Assembly: GCA_013265495.1 (NCBI GenBank) | Contig: MU058781.1 | Location: 3,138,252-3,158,251, forward strand | Direction of reading: 5' to 3' | DNA length: 20,000 nucleotides | DNA from: Vicugna vicugna | Taxonomy: Eukaryota | Shown here: in pieces, positions 19,881-20,000 of the stretch | Position numbering within the stretch: position 1 is the first letter of the stretch | Layout: each line of letters begins with the position of its first letter | Translations under genes and position numbers: made by a program | The notes under the pieces: model-generated | The model's database searches: none | What the model was told of the DNA's origin: nothing | Seen by the model: only the letters and a program-made list of their open reading frames with translations

Positions 19881-20000
19881 GTATATGCAACCTCCTCCTT
19901 CCTGCCAACCATGATGCTTTTGTTAATGATGTTTACTCTGCCTAAACGCCCTTCATATTCTCTATTTTTAAAATTTACCACCTGTGTGAGATCCGATCCC

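Overview
AT-rich, CpG-poor placental-mammal genomic DNA, most likely intronic or intergenic. I found no credible protein-coding gene, RNA gene or prokaryotic-type system; the listed ORFs look like chance ORFs, many over repeats. The window is a mosaic of old interspersed repeats (several MIR/MIR3 and L2 fragments, a truncated MLT1 MaLR LTR, MER5A and MER81 hAT elements, perhaps an old Tigger), three apparently full-length solo ERV LTRs (3884-4236 minus, 5376-6007 plus, 14122-14615 minus with a perfect TATG target-site duplication) and simple repeats. No Alu, B1/B2, SINEC, Bov-A/tA or PRE1 SINE was recognised. The most notable signals are an LTR with a ~23-24 bp periodic array of inverted CCAAT boxes plus two octamers, a TATA box and a 16-bp palindrome; a degenerate ~40-bp minisatellite near the right end; a 54-bp perfectly alternating purine/pyrimidine tract; a candidate PU.1-IRF/STAT6 enhancer; and a few candidate small exons. 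Repeat family names come from recalled consensus similarity, not from a database search.
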